NCBI GenBank assembly: GCA_963676915.2
Contig: CAXXVK010000072.1
Location: 32,001 to 96,000, forward strand
Origin: Myxococcota bacterium
Lineage (GTDB): Bacteria > Myxococcota_A > SURF-8 > G963663525
Length of the DNA: 64,000 bases
Direction of reading: 5' to 3'
This document shows, in pieces, positions 46,088-55,865 of this stretch. Position numbers and translations under genes: made by a program. Numbering within the stretch: position 1 is the stretch's first letter; each line of letters starts with the position of its first letter. The notes below the pieces were generated by a model. It searched no databases and was not told where the DNA came from. It saw only the letters and a program-made list of their open reading frames with translations.

Positions 46088-47343
46088 AACCGCAACTTGC
46101 CGAAAAATATGATGTTCTGGTCGTCGGTGGCGGTCCTGCCGGATTGGGTGCAGCCCTGGGCGCACGGGAAGCCGGTGCCGAGAAAATCCTCATCATCGAT
46201 CGTGAACGGGAAGCCGGCGGCATCCTCAACCAATGCATTCACAACGGTTTCGGATTGCATCATTTCAAAGAGGAACTGACCGGTCCCGAATACGCCGAAC
46301 GTTTTATCGGAATGGCGCTGGATCAGGGAATCGAAATCCTTACCGGTTCCTACGTGCTGGATATCAACCCGGCGCTCGGCGTCCAGATTCTCAGCGACGC
46401 CTATGGCCTGATCGAAACCCACGCCGGAGCGGTGGTTCTGGCAATGGGTTGCAGAGAACGTACACGCGGCGCGATCCGAATTCCCGGTTCGCGTCCCTCG
46501 GGTGTATTCACTGCCGGATTGGCCCAGAAAATGGTCAATCAATACGGGCTATTACCGGGAAAACGCATCGCCATTTTGGGATCGGGCGACATCGGCCTGA
46601 TTATGGCGCGGCGGTTGATTCTCGAAGGCTGTCACGTAGAAGGCGTATACGAAATCATGCCGTACACCAACGGTCTGGCTCGTAACGTGGTGCAATGCCT
46701 GGATGATTTCGATATCCCCATGCACCTTTCGACCACGGTTGCGAACATTCAAGGCAAAAACCGCGTCGAAAAGCTCACGCTTGCACCGGTTGACGACAAA
46801 TGGAGCCCGGACATGCAACGGGCCTGGGATATCGAAGTCGATACCCTGCTTGTCGCCATCGGATTGATTCCCGAAAACGAACTTTCCCAGCGCTTGCGTC
46901 TACGGATGGATGTAGCCACCGGCGGACCCGTCGTTTCCAGTACGCTGGAAACCTCGCTGCCGGGCGTATTCGCCTGCGGCAACGTGCTGCACGTTCACGA
47001 CCTGGTGGATTTCGTGACCGAAGAATCCATTCGTGCGGGTGGTTTTGCCGGGGAAGTCGCTTTGGGTAAGCGCCGTCCCCAGGACAACATCGTTCTCCAA
47101 CCCGGCGACAACGTTTCCTACTGCGTACCGCGTACTCTTTCGCCGGACCGCGAACAGACCGTTTACATGCGCTGTCGCAAGCCGATGAAAAATGCCGTCC
47201 TGACTGTCGGCAACTTGGTAGAAAAGAAACTTCGGCTGGTGGTTCCTTCGGAAATGATCAAGTTGAAACTCAAACCGGAAGTGCTTGAACGCTACTTCGA
47301 GGAACAGTTGACGATCCACATTCGTCCTGCGGAGGCCGTCTGA
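46084..47343 (+). CDS. Pyridine nucleotide-disulfide oxidoreductase
   Basis: [35 protein letters not shown] and [14 protein letters not shown]; ATGA overlap with the upstream gene. Confidence 0.9.
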   Translation: MKPQLAEKYDVLVVGGGPAGLGAALGAREAGAEKILIIDREREAGGILNQCIHNGFGLHHFKEELTGPEYAERFIGMALDQGIEILTGSYVLDINPALGVQILSDAYGLIETHAGAVVLAMGCRERTRGAIRIPGSRPSGVFTAGLAQKMVNQYGLLPGKRIAILGSGDIGLIMARRLILEGCHVEGVYEIMPYTNGLARNVVQCLDDFDIPMHLSTTVANIQGKNRVEKLTLAPVDDKWSPDMQRAWDIEVDTLLVAIGLIPENELSQRLRLRMDVATGGPVVSSTLETSLPGVFACGNVLHVHDLVDFVTEESIRAGGFAGEVALGKRRPQDNIVLQPGDNVSYCVPRTLSPDREQTVYMRCRKPMKNAVLTVGNLVEKKLRLVVPSEMIKLKLKPEVLERYFEEQLTIHIRPAEAV

Positions 47344-47717
47344 TGAATAATACTACGCACGAACTGACCTGTATCGGCTGCCCGATGGGGTGTCCGCTGG
47401 AACTGACCATCGAAGGCAAGGAAGTCGTCAAGGTAACAGGCAACGAATGCCGCCGAGGCGACAAGTACGCACGCCAGGAGTTCACCGATCCCCGGCGCAT
47501 GGTCACGACAACCGTGGCTTGTTCCAACGGCTTGTGGTCCCGGGTGCCCGTTAAAACCTCCGAAGCGGTTCCCAAGGGCAAAGTCATGGACATCGCCGAA
47601 GCCTTGCATCAACTGAACCTGCAAGCCCCTGTCACCGTGGGACAGGTGGTTCTCGACGATGCGGCCGGTACGGGGATTGCGGTTATCGCAACCCGGTCCA
47701 TGCCCGTGCAGTCATAA
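47343..47717 (+). CDS. DUF1667-like CxxC protein
   Basis: CIGCPMGC…GNECRRG…P-x-R-x-x-TTTV. Confidence 0.85.
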   Translation: MNNTTHELTCIGCPMGCPLELTIEGKEVVKVTGNECRRGDKYARQEFTDPRRMVTTTVACSNGLWSRVPVKTSEAVPKGKVMDIAEALHQLNLQAPVTVGQVVLDDAAGTGIAVIATRSMPVQS

Positions 47718-47789
47718 AAGAGAATTTTTCATGTAATCAACAGGTTACAAGGAAGATTCAAACGGGAGACCTAGAAATTCAAAAATTGT

Positions 47790-47819
47790 AGCGGCGAGGC
47801 GCAAGCCCGCCGCTTTTTT
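47790..47819 (+). terminator. Rho-independent terminator
   Basis: AGCGGCG(A)GGC-GCAA-GCCCGCCGC followed by T6, downstream of the three-gene operon. Confidence 0.75.
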
Positions 47820-47886
47820 GTGGCTACGGCCGAAACATCGTGCAGATTTTCGAAATGGTTTATACTATTTCGCTATCAAGCATTCC

Positions 47887-47951
47887 GTAGGTCGGGCAAA
47901 TTTCTTGCCCGACATTGCCAATCTGTCGGGCTAAAAATTAGCCCGACCTAC
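47887..47951. repeat. REP doublet, copy 3 (intact)
   Basis: GTAG-GTCGGGCAA-ATTTC-TTGCCCGAC-N11-GTCGGGCTAA-AAA-TTAGCCCGAC-CTAC. It is 62/65 identical (reverse complement) to the reconstructed copy 1. Confidence 0.9.
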
Positions 47952-47994
47952 TACTACTGCTAGAACCGAAGCCCATGGAGGTTTTCGAAATGGT

Positions 47995-48165
47995 TTACAA
48001 AGCCTCCAGTTCACGGCGCTTTTCTGCAATCTGCTCTTCCAACTCCTCGATTTCCATGAGTTGATGCGGTCGCACGCTATGCGCGGGGAGCCGTTTTTCA
48101 GCATCTTGCAATGTTTTGCGCAACGCTTCAATTTCCTTGAGAAGTTTTTCTTTGGGATCTTCCAT
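47995..48165 (-). CDS. Small coiled-coil protein with PAHSVRP motif
   Basis: 56 aa: MEDPKEKLLKEIEAL…LPAHSVRPHQLMEIEELEE; purine-rich RBS (AGGAAGAAG). Confidence 0.65.
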   Translation of the reverse strand: MEDPKEKLLKEIEALRKTLQDAEKRLPAHSVRPHQLMEIEELEEQIAEKRRELEAL

Positions 48166-48215
48166 GGCTTCTTCCTGTCGGCTCTTTTCGTGATACTTCG
48201 TCGCAAAACGGTACA

Positions 48216-49601
48216 TTATGAAACGATTCGTTCCGCTTCAACACGATGTTTCACCCATTCCAAACCATCTTCGAGACTCGCGAACTCACCGTTGAGTTGC
48301 GCCTCGTAGCACTGATCCAATAGAGCCCCGAACCATGCCCCCGGTTTCAGCCCCATTTCGATAAGATGTCGCCCCATCACGAGCGCCTTGGGTGCGCTGT
48401 CCTGCACGTCGAGTTCTCGCGCTTTTTCCAGCAACCAACGTCCTTCGGGAAAATCCTCGGCGGGAATCGGCGGACGCCCGAACGAATCGGCACGAGCAAC
48501 GCGCACCAGTCGATCGATACGGCCGACTTTTCGCGCCAACCGACGAATCGCCGCACTCGAAACCTTCGTCTTAAAAAACTCCGTGGGTCGTAAGTGATGA
48601 TGTACGAGCGGTTCGACGGCTTCGATCAACCGCTTCGACGCTCGGATACGCTCCAGAAAGGTTCGTGTCGGTTGCAATCCTAAAGCTTCGTGACCGGGCG
48701 ATCGAATATGATCCCGGTCGAATACCGTGGTAGCCGGTTTACCGAAATCGTGGCACAGCACGGCAAAACCGACGATCAGATCTTCGTCATCGTCGCCGAT
48801 TCTCTCTTTGGCGAATGCATCGAGACAATGCCCCGTATGACGGAACACATCGCCCTCGGGATGCCATTCCTTATCCTGCGGACAGCCATCCAGCGCGTCA
48901 ACCTCTGGGAAATACTGCAACCACCCGCTTTCCTTGAGGAAATCCATCCCCATGGACGGCTTTACTCCCTGAAGAAGCAGCTTTTTCCACTCCTCGAACA
49001 AACGCTCGGGAGCGAGGTTTTCCGGGGTTAGCGAACGGCAAAGCGTGACAGTGGAAGGATCGGCTTTCAATTCGAAACGAGCGCAAAACTGCATTCCACG
49101 CAACACCCGCAAAGGATCTTCCGCGAATTTTTCGGAGACATGGCGCAAACGATGGTCATACAGGTCTTTTTCTCCGCCATACGGATCATACAACGTTTCG
49201 GCATCCAGATCGTAAGCCATCGAATTGATCGTAAAATCCCTGCGTTGCGCGGCCTCGGGGATGCTCATAAACGGATCGGCATCGATTTCGAAGGCTTTGT
49301 GTCCTTTCCCTGTTTTCGATTCCCTGCGTGGCAAGGCGATGTCGATGGGCAGACCATGCACTTTCATCACGCCGAACGAGCGCCCTACGATGTCGAGACG
49401 AAAGGTTTTAGAAAGGATCTCGTGCAGTTTTTCGACAGGTAAATCGTACACTTCGATATCGAAATCATGGGGAATGCGACCGAGAAGCATGTCACGCACG
49501 CACCCTCCCACGAGGACAGGTCGTCCTCCGGCTTCCCGGAGGATGTCCAGTATTTGGTGGACGGTCATTTCCAATGACCGATTGGGAAAACGAAGGTTCA
49601 C
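48216..49601 (-). CDS. cca: CCA-adding tRNA nucleotidyltransferase with HD domain
   Basis: VGGCVRD…DFDIE, RRDFTINSM, EDPLRVLR, WHPEGDV and HDFGK. Confidence 0.88.
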   Translation of the reverse strand: MNLRFPNRSLEMTVHQILDILREAGGRPVLVGGCVRDMLLGRIPHDFDIEVYDLPVEKLHEILSKTFRLDIVGRSFGVMKVHGLPIDIALPRRESKTGKGHKAFEIDADPFMSIPEAAQRRDFTINSMAYDLDAETLYDPYGGEKDLYDHRLRHVSEKFAEDPLRVLRGMQFCARFELKADPSTVTLCRSLTPENLAPERLFEEWKKLLLQGVKPSMGMDFLKESGWLQYFPEVDALDGCPQDKEWHPEGDVFRHTGHCLDAFAKERIGDDDEDLIVGFAVLCHDFGKPATTVFDRDHIRSPGHEALGLQPTRTFLERIRASKRLIEAVEPLVHHHLRPTEFFKTKVSSAAIRRLARKVGRIDRLVRVARADSFGRPPIPAEDFPEGRWLLEKARELDVQDSAPKALVMGRHLIEMGLKPGAWFGALLDQCYEAQLNGEFASLEDGLEWVKHRVEAERIVS

Positions 49602-49648
49602 GAGAAAGAAAACGCTTTTTGGACCTGGAAACGAACCTGCTTCACAGA

Positions 49649-50806
49649 TTACAAATTGGCGGAAACCAGGTATTGATCCATGGTTTTGACAACCTCGTCT
49701 GAAAGATTATCGATGGCCAGTGCCAACCCGGCTTCTGCGTCGGACTGTCGAGCCATGTTATCCGTCACAACGTGGACCACTTTGGCTTGTACCCAGATTT
49801 CTTCGAGATCTTCCGGCAGGATGATCCCGAGGTTGATCGAATCGCCGCGTTTCATATCCGGTACGGGAGAAATCGGAAGGAACATACCCCCCATTTTAAT
49901 ATTGTTTTCGAACTCGCTACGCATTTCTTCCGAACGCTTGAATTCATAGAGGAAATCATTATTGGCAAGCTTGATGTCGTCCTCTTGGCGCTCCCGATTG
50001 ATGAGGTAATGCAAAAGTTTCAGGAATTCCTGACCCCGTTCGACGATCCTCATGCCGGTTTCGTAGTAAACGGCATTGGTTTTCATATCGGGAACGTGGC
50101 GCAGCCATTTCACTTCACCCACCAAGTTGCTGAAAATCTTGCCTTTCAGCGGAATACGTACGTCGCAACGCGAAGCCACGGGAATCATGTCGCGACCACG
50201 GAAACGAATGCCTCCGGCGGAAATGTTCAGCGTGAAACCGTGGTAGGTTCGGTTGTTGAAGGTAACGTCGATGCCGGTTTTCATCGTCAGACGAAAATGC
50301 TTTCGGCGTGGGTCCACTTCCTTGACTATGGGAATGTGCTTGAATTTCGGGTCGAGTCGTAAAATCGGTGTCGAACCCGAAGCGGCGGCTCGTAAACGGC
50401 TTTTGCGGGTGGCGGCGTCTTCCTGGGGCACTTCGGCAGCTTCGATCGGGGGTTTGATTTCACCCGAACGGATTTTCTCCAGGTGATCGCGCAGGTCTTT
50501 CCGGTTGAGGTCGGAAACGCGGACAAACTTCAAATGACAACGGTAGGGTACATCCGTTCCGATGGCTCGCTTGGGAATGAATCGGTCGGTGATTTCCGAT
50601 TTGGCTTCAACAAGGTTGTCGGCCTCGATATTGATCTGTACCTTCAGTTCGGCTCCTACGGCTAGAGGTAAATCCGTTACGAGCAAACAGCTATCTTCGG
50701 CCAGATGTTCAACGAAACCAGCCGTTTTGCAGATTTTTGCACCGAATTTTGCCGGATACATTCCGTTTGGAGCTTCTTGAAATCGTCCTTTGATGGTTCC
50801 CACCAT
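49649..50806 (-). CDS. Multi-PilZ-domain protein
   Basis: A central RKHFR (RxxxR) plus NISAGG (D/NxSxxG); a C-terminal NIKMGGMFL PilZ-like domain; a degenerate N-terminal PilZ-like domain. Confidence 0.75.
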   Translation of the reverse strand: MVGTIKGRFQEAPNGMYPAKFGAKICKTAGFVEHLAEDSCLLVTDLPLAVGAELKVQINIEADNLVEAKSEITDRFIPKRAIGTDVPYRCHLKFVRVSDLNRKDLRDHLEKIRSGEIKPPIEAAEVPQEDAATRKSRLRAAASGSTPILRLDPKFKHIPIVKEVDPRRKHFRLTMKTGIDVTFNNRTYHGFTLNISAGGIRFRGRDMIPVASRCDVRIPLKGKIFSNLVGEVKWLRHVPDMKTNAVYYETGMRIVERGQEFLKLLHYLINRERQEDDIKLANNDFLYEFKRSEEMRSEFENNIKMGGMFLPISPVPDMKRGDSINLGIILPEDLEEIWVQAKVVHVVTDNMARQSDAEAGLALAIDNLSDEVVKTMDQYLVSANL

Positions 50807-51346
50807 TACTCATCCCCCGGTCTTCCTGATTGAAAAAGGACAAACGCTTTTTGCATCGAACTGCCCCCACTCGAAATCCATTCCGCTTGCACGGGATTTG
50901 CGAGTTGGTAACCTGTTTCTATTCTTCATCAAATAATCTTACATGAATTCAAAAAGGGAATCAATGAAATCCATCTTACGTTTTCTGTAAAAAAGTTCCA
51001 CTCTTGACAGGGATAGAAATTCCTTGAGTCTTTTCAATACCCTGTGCTACGTTGCCCTCCGCCGTACACGACCCTGGGAGGGCTGTGGGAGCAGACATAA
51101 AAGGTTATTTGTTCGTGCTTTTTACAGCCTGTTGCGGTATGGCAAGATTCATCCGGTTTTTCCCACATAGACGAATGGATCTTTCGTAAAACAGTAGCAA
51201 CGGGAAAATAAATTTACAGTAGCCCATCCCCATGAAATCGTTGCGTTATTTCGGGTTGGACAATATTCGGAAGCCTTTATGAAACCTATCACCGATCAGT
51301 TTTCGAACATCCGTCCACGGATTTCTTCCAATGGCCAGAGGCACCT

Positions 51347-52852
51347 ATGGGCTTGAAATCCAACGTAGAAACCCGAATACAACCGTTCGTCCAACGGCTA
51401 AAAAACTCGCCGATCGGACTTCGATTGGCCAAAGGGGTTTTCTGGTCCGTCGCCGGAACGTTCATTGCTCAGGGATTGATGTTCTGCGCATCGATTCTTG
51501 TCGCACGTTTTCTGGGAAAAGAAAGCTACGGCGAGTTGGGGATCATACGGTCTACCGTTGCCATGTTTGGAGTTTTCGCCGGTTTCGCGATGGGGCTGAC
51601 TGCTACCAAGCATGTCGCCGAATATCGGGAATCCGATCCTGCACGAGCGGGGCGCATCATCAGTTTGGCGGCTACGTTTACACTGGTGACCGGTGGCATT
51701 ATGGCGTTGGGAATGGTCATTTTCGCTCCTTGGCTCGCCGAACATACGTTGAATGCTCCGCACTTGACGGGATTGTTGCGTATTGGTGCGATTATTTTGT
51801 TCATTACGTCGCTCAACGGTGCCCAGACCGGTGCGCTAGCCGGTTTCGAAGCATTCAAAACCATTGCCAAAGTCAATCTTTTCATCGGAATGCTTTCCTT
51901 TCCCATTCTCATTACCGGAACCTACATCAAAGGACTCGAAGGTGCGGTTTGGGCTATGGTGATCAATCTGGGAATCGGATGGACGTTCAACCATCTTGCT
52001 CTTCGTCGGGAAATGAAACATCATGAGGTTCCAGCTTCGTTCCATTTCACACACGATGACTGGAGAGTATTCTGGACGTTCTCCCTGCCTTCCATGCTCG
52101 GAGGCATTTTGGTCGGACCCGTTCGCTGGGCTTGCAATGCTTTCCTTGTCAATCAACCGGAAGGCTACGCTCAGATGGGAATTTTCAACGGCGCTTTGAT
52201 TTTCCAAAACCTGCTGCTTGTCGTCAACGGTATGCTCAATGCTCCCCTATTATCCTTGCTTTCCAATGTAGGATCGAAAAAAAGCAACAAGCTTGAAACG
52301 GCGAATATTCTTTCTTCCTGGCTTTTGGGACTTGTTCCCGCCATGCCTTTGCTTTGCCTTCCGGAAATCGTGCAGGTCATGCTCGGTCCTGAATACCAGG
52401 GACAGACTTTCAAAACCACTTTCGCCGTGGTTGTGTTTTATTCCTGTATTTTGACATTCCGTAGTGGTTTGCTGCGGGTGCTGATTTCCAAAAACCTGCT
52501 GTGGTGGGGATTCGCCAACAACGTACTGTGGGCAGCGGTCTTGCTTCCTTCCGCGTATTTCTTTTCCGAATGGGGGGCAATAGGTTTATCCTCGGCTTTT
52601 GCACTGGCCTACGTTGTCATTTCCATCGTTTTCGTTCCGATTTACATGAATAAAGCCGGAGTTCCGAAAAAACTGCTGATTTCCAAAGAAACCGTGACGA
52701 TTTGGGCGATTATTACGGGATTGACCGTTGCATCTTTCTGGGATATACCCATTGTATACCGTATCGTGGCGTTGCCGTTTGTTCTTGGACTTATAGGGTT
52801 GGCGTTCAAAAGGGTTTGGTATCAAAATACCGCAGAACCCAGTCACGAGTGA
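51347..52852 (+). CDS. wzx: Oligosaccharide flippase (Wzx family)
   Basis: VARFLGKESYGELG…GLTATKHVAEY and GYAQMGIFNGA; about 12-14 TM segments. Confidence 0.88.
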   Translation: MGLKSNVETRIQPFVQRLKNSPIGLRLAKGVFWSVAGTFIAQGLMFCASILVARFLGKESYGELGIIRSTVAMFGVFAGFAMGLTATKHVAEYRESDPARAGRIISLAATFTLVTGGIMALGMVIFAPWLAEHTLNAPHLTGLLRIGAIILFITSLNGAQTGALAGFEAFKTIAKVNLFIGMLSFPILITGTYIKGLEGAVWAMVINLGIGWTFNHLALRREMKHHEVPASFHFTHDDWRVFWTFSLPSMLGGILVGPVRWACNAFLVNQPEGYAQMGIFNGALIFQNLLLVVNGMLNAPLLSLLSNVGSKKSNKLETANILSSWLLGLVPAMPLLCLPEIVQVMLGPEYQGQTFKTTFAVVVFYSCILTFRSGLLRVLISKNLLWWGFANNVLWAAVLLPSAYFFSEWGAIGLSSAFALAYVVISIVFVPIYMNKAGVPKKLLISKETVTIWAIITGLTVASFWDIPIVYRIVALPFVLGLIGLAFKRVWYQNTAEPSHE

Positions 52853-52927
52853 TTGGTTAGAACCATTTAGAAAGATACCGGGGATTTTTCGCATCGTTTC
52901 GGTGCGGACGTTTCAAGGAGAAGAGCT

Positions 52928-53868
52928 TTGATCAAGAAAACCGCTGGAAAGATTACGGAAAAGCTGTTGGGACCGCAATTCAAATCCGTTATTCGCGATT
53001 ATACTGACGTTCCGGGGATGCTGGTCAAGAAGATTTTCAACATATGATCGATCAGATTCGGATGAAGCAAAAATACCTGAACGATCCAGAAGTTGTCCTC
53101 GGTGGACTGCGTACCTCGGCTCATATCGTGGATAAAGGGCTTCAGTCCGACGAATGGCAAGTGGGGCGCAGCAAAATATTTTACGGGAGAATGTGTCAAC
53201 AGATCGATACATTGAAAAACTCCGATCTAGTGGATGACCCCTCCTATCAATGGGCGGTGGACAAACAGCGCGAATACGATGAGGCGCAGGAAGCCGGACC
53301 GAAAGAATATTCCTTAGAAGACTCTCAAGAACCGCTCGTAGACAAGGACGCTTTGAAAAAGCTTATTCTGGGGCGACGCAGCACGCGCTCGTTTATCGAT
53401 CGACCGCTTGAGGTCGAGACGATCAAAGAGCTTGCCGATGTCGTAAACTGGTCTCCTACCAGTTGCAATCGCCAACCGGCCAAGCTTTTCGTGACGCAAA
53501 ATCCTGAAAAAGTGACCAAAAGCCTGCAACAATGCGCCGGTGCTACCTGTATCGGACCGGCGACGCCGTGTTTCATGGCGGTTTGTGCGGATACTCGCTT
53601 GTATATGGTCGTGGACCGAGAAGTGCCGCTGATCGACGTTTCGTTGGGATTGCAAAATATGCTGTTGCTCGCCCATGCTCAAGGTATTGAAGCTACCTTG
53701 TTGAATTGGATGCATCACACGCCTGAACAAGATGCAGCCTTGCGAGAAACGTTAGGAATTCCGGAATATTACCGGATCATCGTCAATATTTTAGCGGGAT
53801 ATCCCGCCAAGTCGGCACCGACCCCGGAAAGAAAAAGCTGCGATTTGGCCTGCAAAATCGTGGAATAA
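52928..53868 (+). CDS. Nitroreductase family protein (probable frameshift near 53035; intact ORF 53044-53868)
   Basis: RRSTRSF and SPTSCNRQP. A TTG at 52928 follows AAGGAG, and its frame joins the main ORF with one extra T. Confidence 0.8.
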
Positions 53869-53896
53869 GGGAAAAACTCGGGGATTCGATACAATC

Positions 53897-55669
53897 TCAG
53901 GGCAATAGTTTTCCAACAATGGCTTCCACCGTGCGGCGAAGGGCTACCTCGCCTTGGCAGGCGAAAAACGCCTGGGCGTTCTCTGATTCCCAGGTAAAAT
54001 CGGAACCTTGCACGGTATCGGTCAGACTGTTTAGCAATTCCTCCATCGTTTCCACTTCTTTCGCCAATCCCATTTCTCCAAAAGGCATTAAAGGTTTACG
54101 CCCTTGGGGACGCAGTACGATGACAGGTACGCCTTGGATGAGACTATCGAAAATCGTTGTGGAGAACACCGCAACAGCGGCGGAAGCGTTTTCAAGGCAC
54201 TGCGATATTGGAATGTGCTTTACGATGTCGAGGTTCCGTGCTCCCAATCGCTTTGCGGTGTTTGAAAACTCATGCCCATCATTGCTCGGATGAGGATGAA
54301 GCTTGACGACGAACCGCCAGTCCGGTTGCAACGTCGCCACTTGTACGAACATTTCGACCATACGGCGGTAATCCAGCCAATTGAGTTCGCTTCCGGGCGG
54401 GGATTGGAGAAATACAACCGTCGGAACTTCAGAGTTTGACGACCTTTTTCGAGATTCAACAAGGAGATTTCCGGTTTCAGCCAAGGGGACACCCGTTACA
54501 ACTATGTTGTTCTCTGACAGTCCACAATGGGTTAAGTTCCGTCGATACGTCTCCCCAAACACCGTATAAATATCCGGTTCGGGCTTGGAATAATAGGGAG
54601 GATACTCCGGGATGTTGCCGTGCATCGCTATCGCCGTTTTCATTCCCCGTTGGCTGGCACAATCCAATAGGATTCGATACGCAGGCCATATCGCTACGGA
54701 AACGAGGACCGACTCAGGTTGTATTCTATCCAAAACCCGCGTCCAAAAACGTTCCCAGCCCATGGCTTGTACCAGTAGCAACAGTACTTGCATTCGTGCC
54801 CATGAGGAACGAAACACCCGATAATCCTCATGTTTTTCGATGAACTCCGAGCTTCCCAAAATCTTGAACAACGTCGCTAACTTTGCGAATTCGCTTTTAT
54901 CCAAGAATGGCTTTCGTTCTCGTTCCATTTTGAGAATATCGAGGTTGAAGTTGCGGTACTGCCATTCTCCCGCATCGTCGGAACACAACGCAGCGCTTTG
55001 TTCCCTGCCGATTCGATCGATCAATGGTGCCAAGACGCGAGCATGGGAAGCCATATCGCTGAAAGTCAGGAGTCGCCGTCCGGCCATTTTTTCTATGGCG
55101 GAATCCGGGACAAACCAGGGACGGGTTTCCTTTAACACGCGCAGACATTCTAACGAGCCATCCGCTAGGCGATGAAACGCTCCCAAGCCTCTCGAACGAA
55201 TTTGTATTTGAGAATCCACGTTCACGACGGACGCCAATGCGGAATCCAGAAAAACGACACGCTTGGGAGATCGCTTTTCGATCACTTTTTCCGTTACTAG
55301 AACTGCTATGAGAAATTCTTTAAGTACTCGAAACCACTCGGCTTCGATCGCTGTAGAAAAGCGTTCGATTCGATCCTGGGACCAGCCGAAATCGGAGGAA
55401 ATTTTCAAAACATCCTGTAACCAGTTTTTTGCCACCCCATACGCCGATGTTTCTGCGGTCTCAAGGGTCTTTCCTTCGGTATATTCCAGAGGATCGATCC
55501 TTTGTCCTCCGAAACCGGGCTCCCCTTCACCCAGGAGATCGAGCCAGTTCCCACGAAAGCGGAGAATGGAACGAAAAACGGCCTGTTCTCCACCCGACAT
55601 CAGGCGTTGAAACCTGCGGCGTAGCTCCGTTTGACTCTGAGGGTAGGACGTAACGATCAACTCGGACAT
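53897..55669 (-). CDS. Polysaccharide biosynthesis GT-B-fold protein (capsule synthesis/glycerophosphotransferase-like)
   Basis: AMHG, TVFGE, VTGVP, VVKLHPHP and STTIFDSLIQGVPVI. Confidence 0.65.
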   Translation of the reverse strand: MSELIVTSYPQSQTELRRRFQRLMSGGEQAVFRSILRFRGNWLDLLGEGEPGFGGQRIDPLEYTEGKTLETAETSAYGVAKNWLQDVLKISSDFGWSQDRIERFSTAIEAEWFRVLKEFLIAVLVTEKVIEKRSPKRVVFLDSALASVVNVDSQIQIRSRGLGAFHRLADGSLECLRVLKETRPWFVPDSAIEKMAGRRLLTFSDMASHARVLAPLIDRIGREQSAALCSDDAGEWQYRNFNLDILKMERERKPFLDKSEFAKLATLFKILGSSEFIEKHEDYRVFRSSWARMQVLLLLVQAMGWERFWTRVLDRIQPESVLVSVAIWPAYRILLDCASQRGMKTAIAMHGNIPEYPPYYSKPEPDIYTVFGETYRRNLTHCGLSENNIVVTGVPLAETGNLLVESRKRSSNSEVPTVVFLQSPPGSELNWLDYRRMVEMFVQVATLQPDWRFVVKLHPHPSNDGHEFSNTAKRLGARNLDIVKHIPISQCLENASAAVAVFSTTIFDSLIQGVPVIVLRPQGRKPLMPFGEMGLAKEVETMEELLNSLTDTVQGSDFTWESENAQAFFACQGEVALRRTVEAIVGKLLP

Positions 55670-55865
55670 GTGTTGCAGAAAACCTTCTTGGAAGAACGAA
55701 AAAAACGGCTCTTCGGGAATTCTCCCATGCTATCCGTGTATCTGACAAGGCGATATTTCGCAATCATGGTACCGAGCCACATGCTGAAACGCAAGAAAAC
55801 CCACGAGATTCCGAAGGCTTCGAGAATTTCAGGTTTTTCATTCCGAAAGCGGTTTGCCGAATGCT

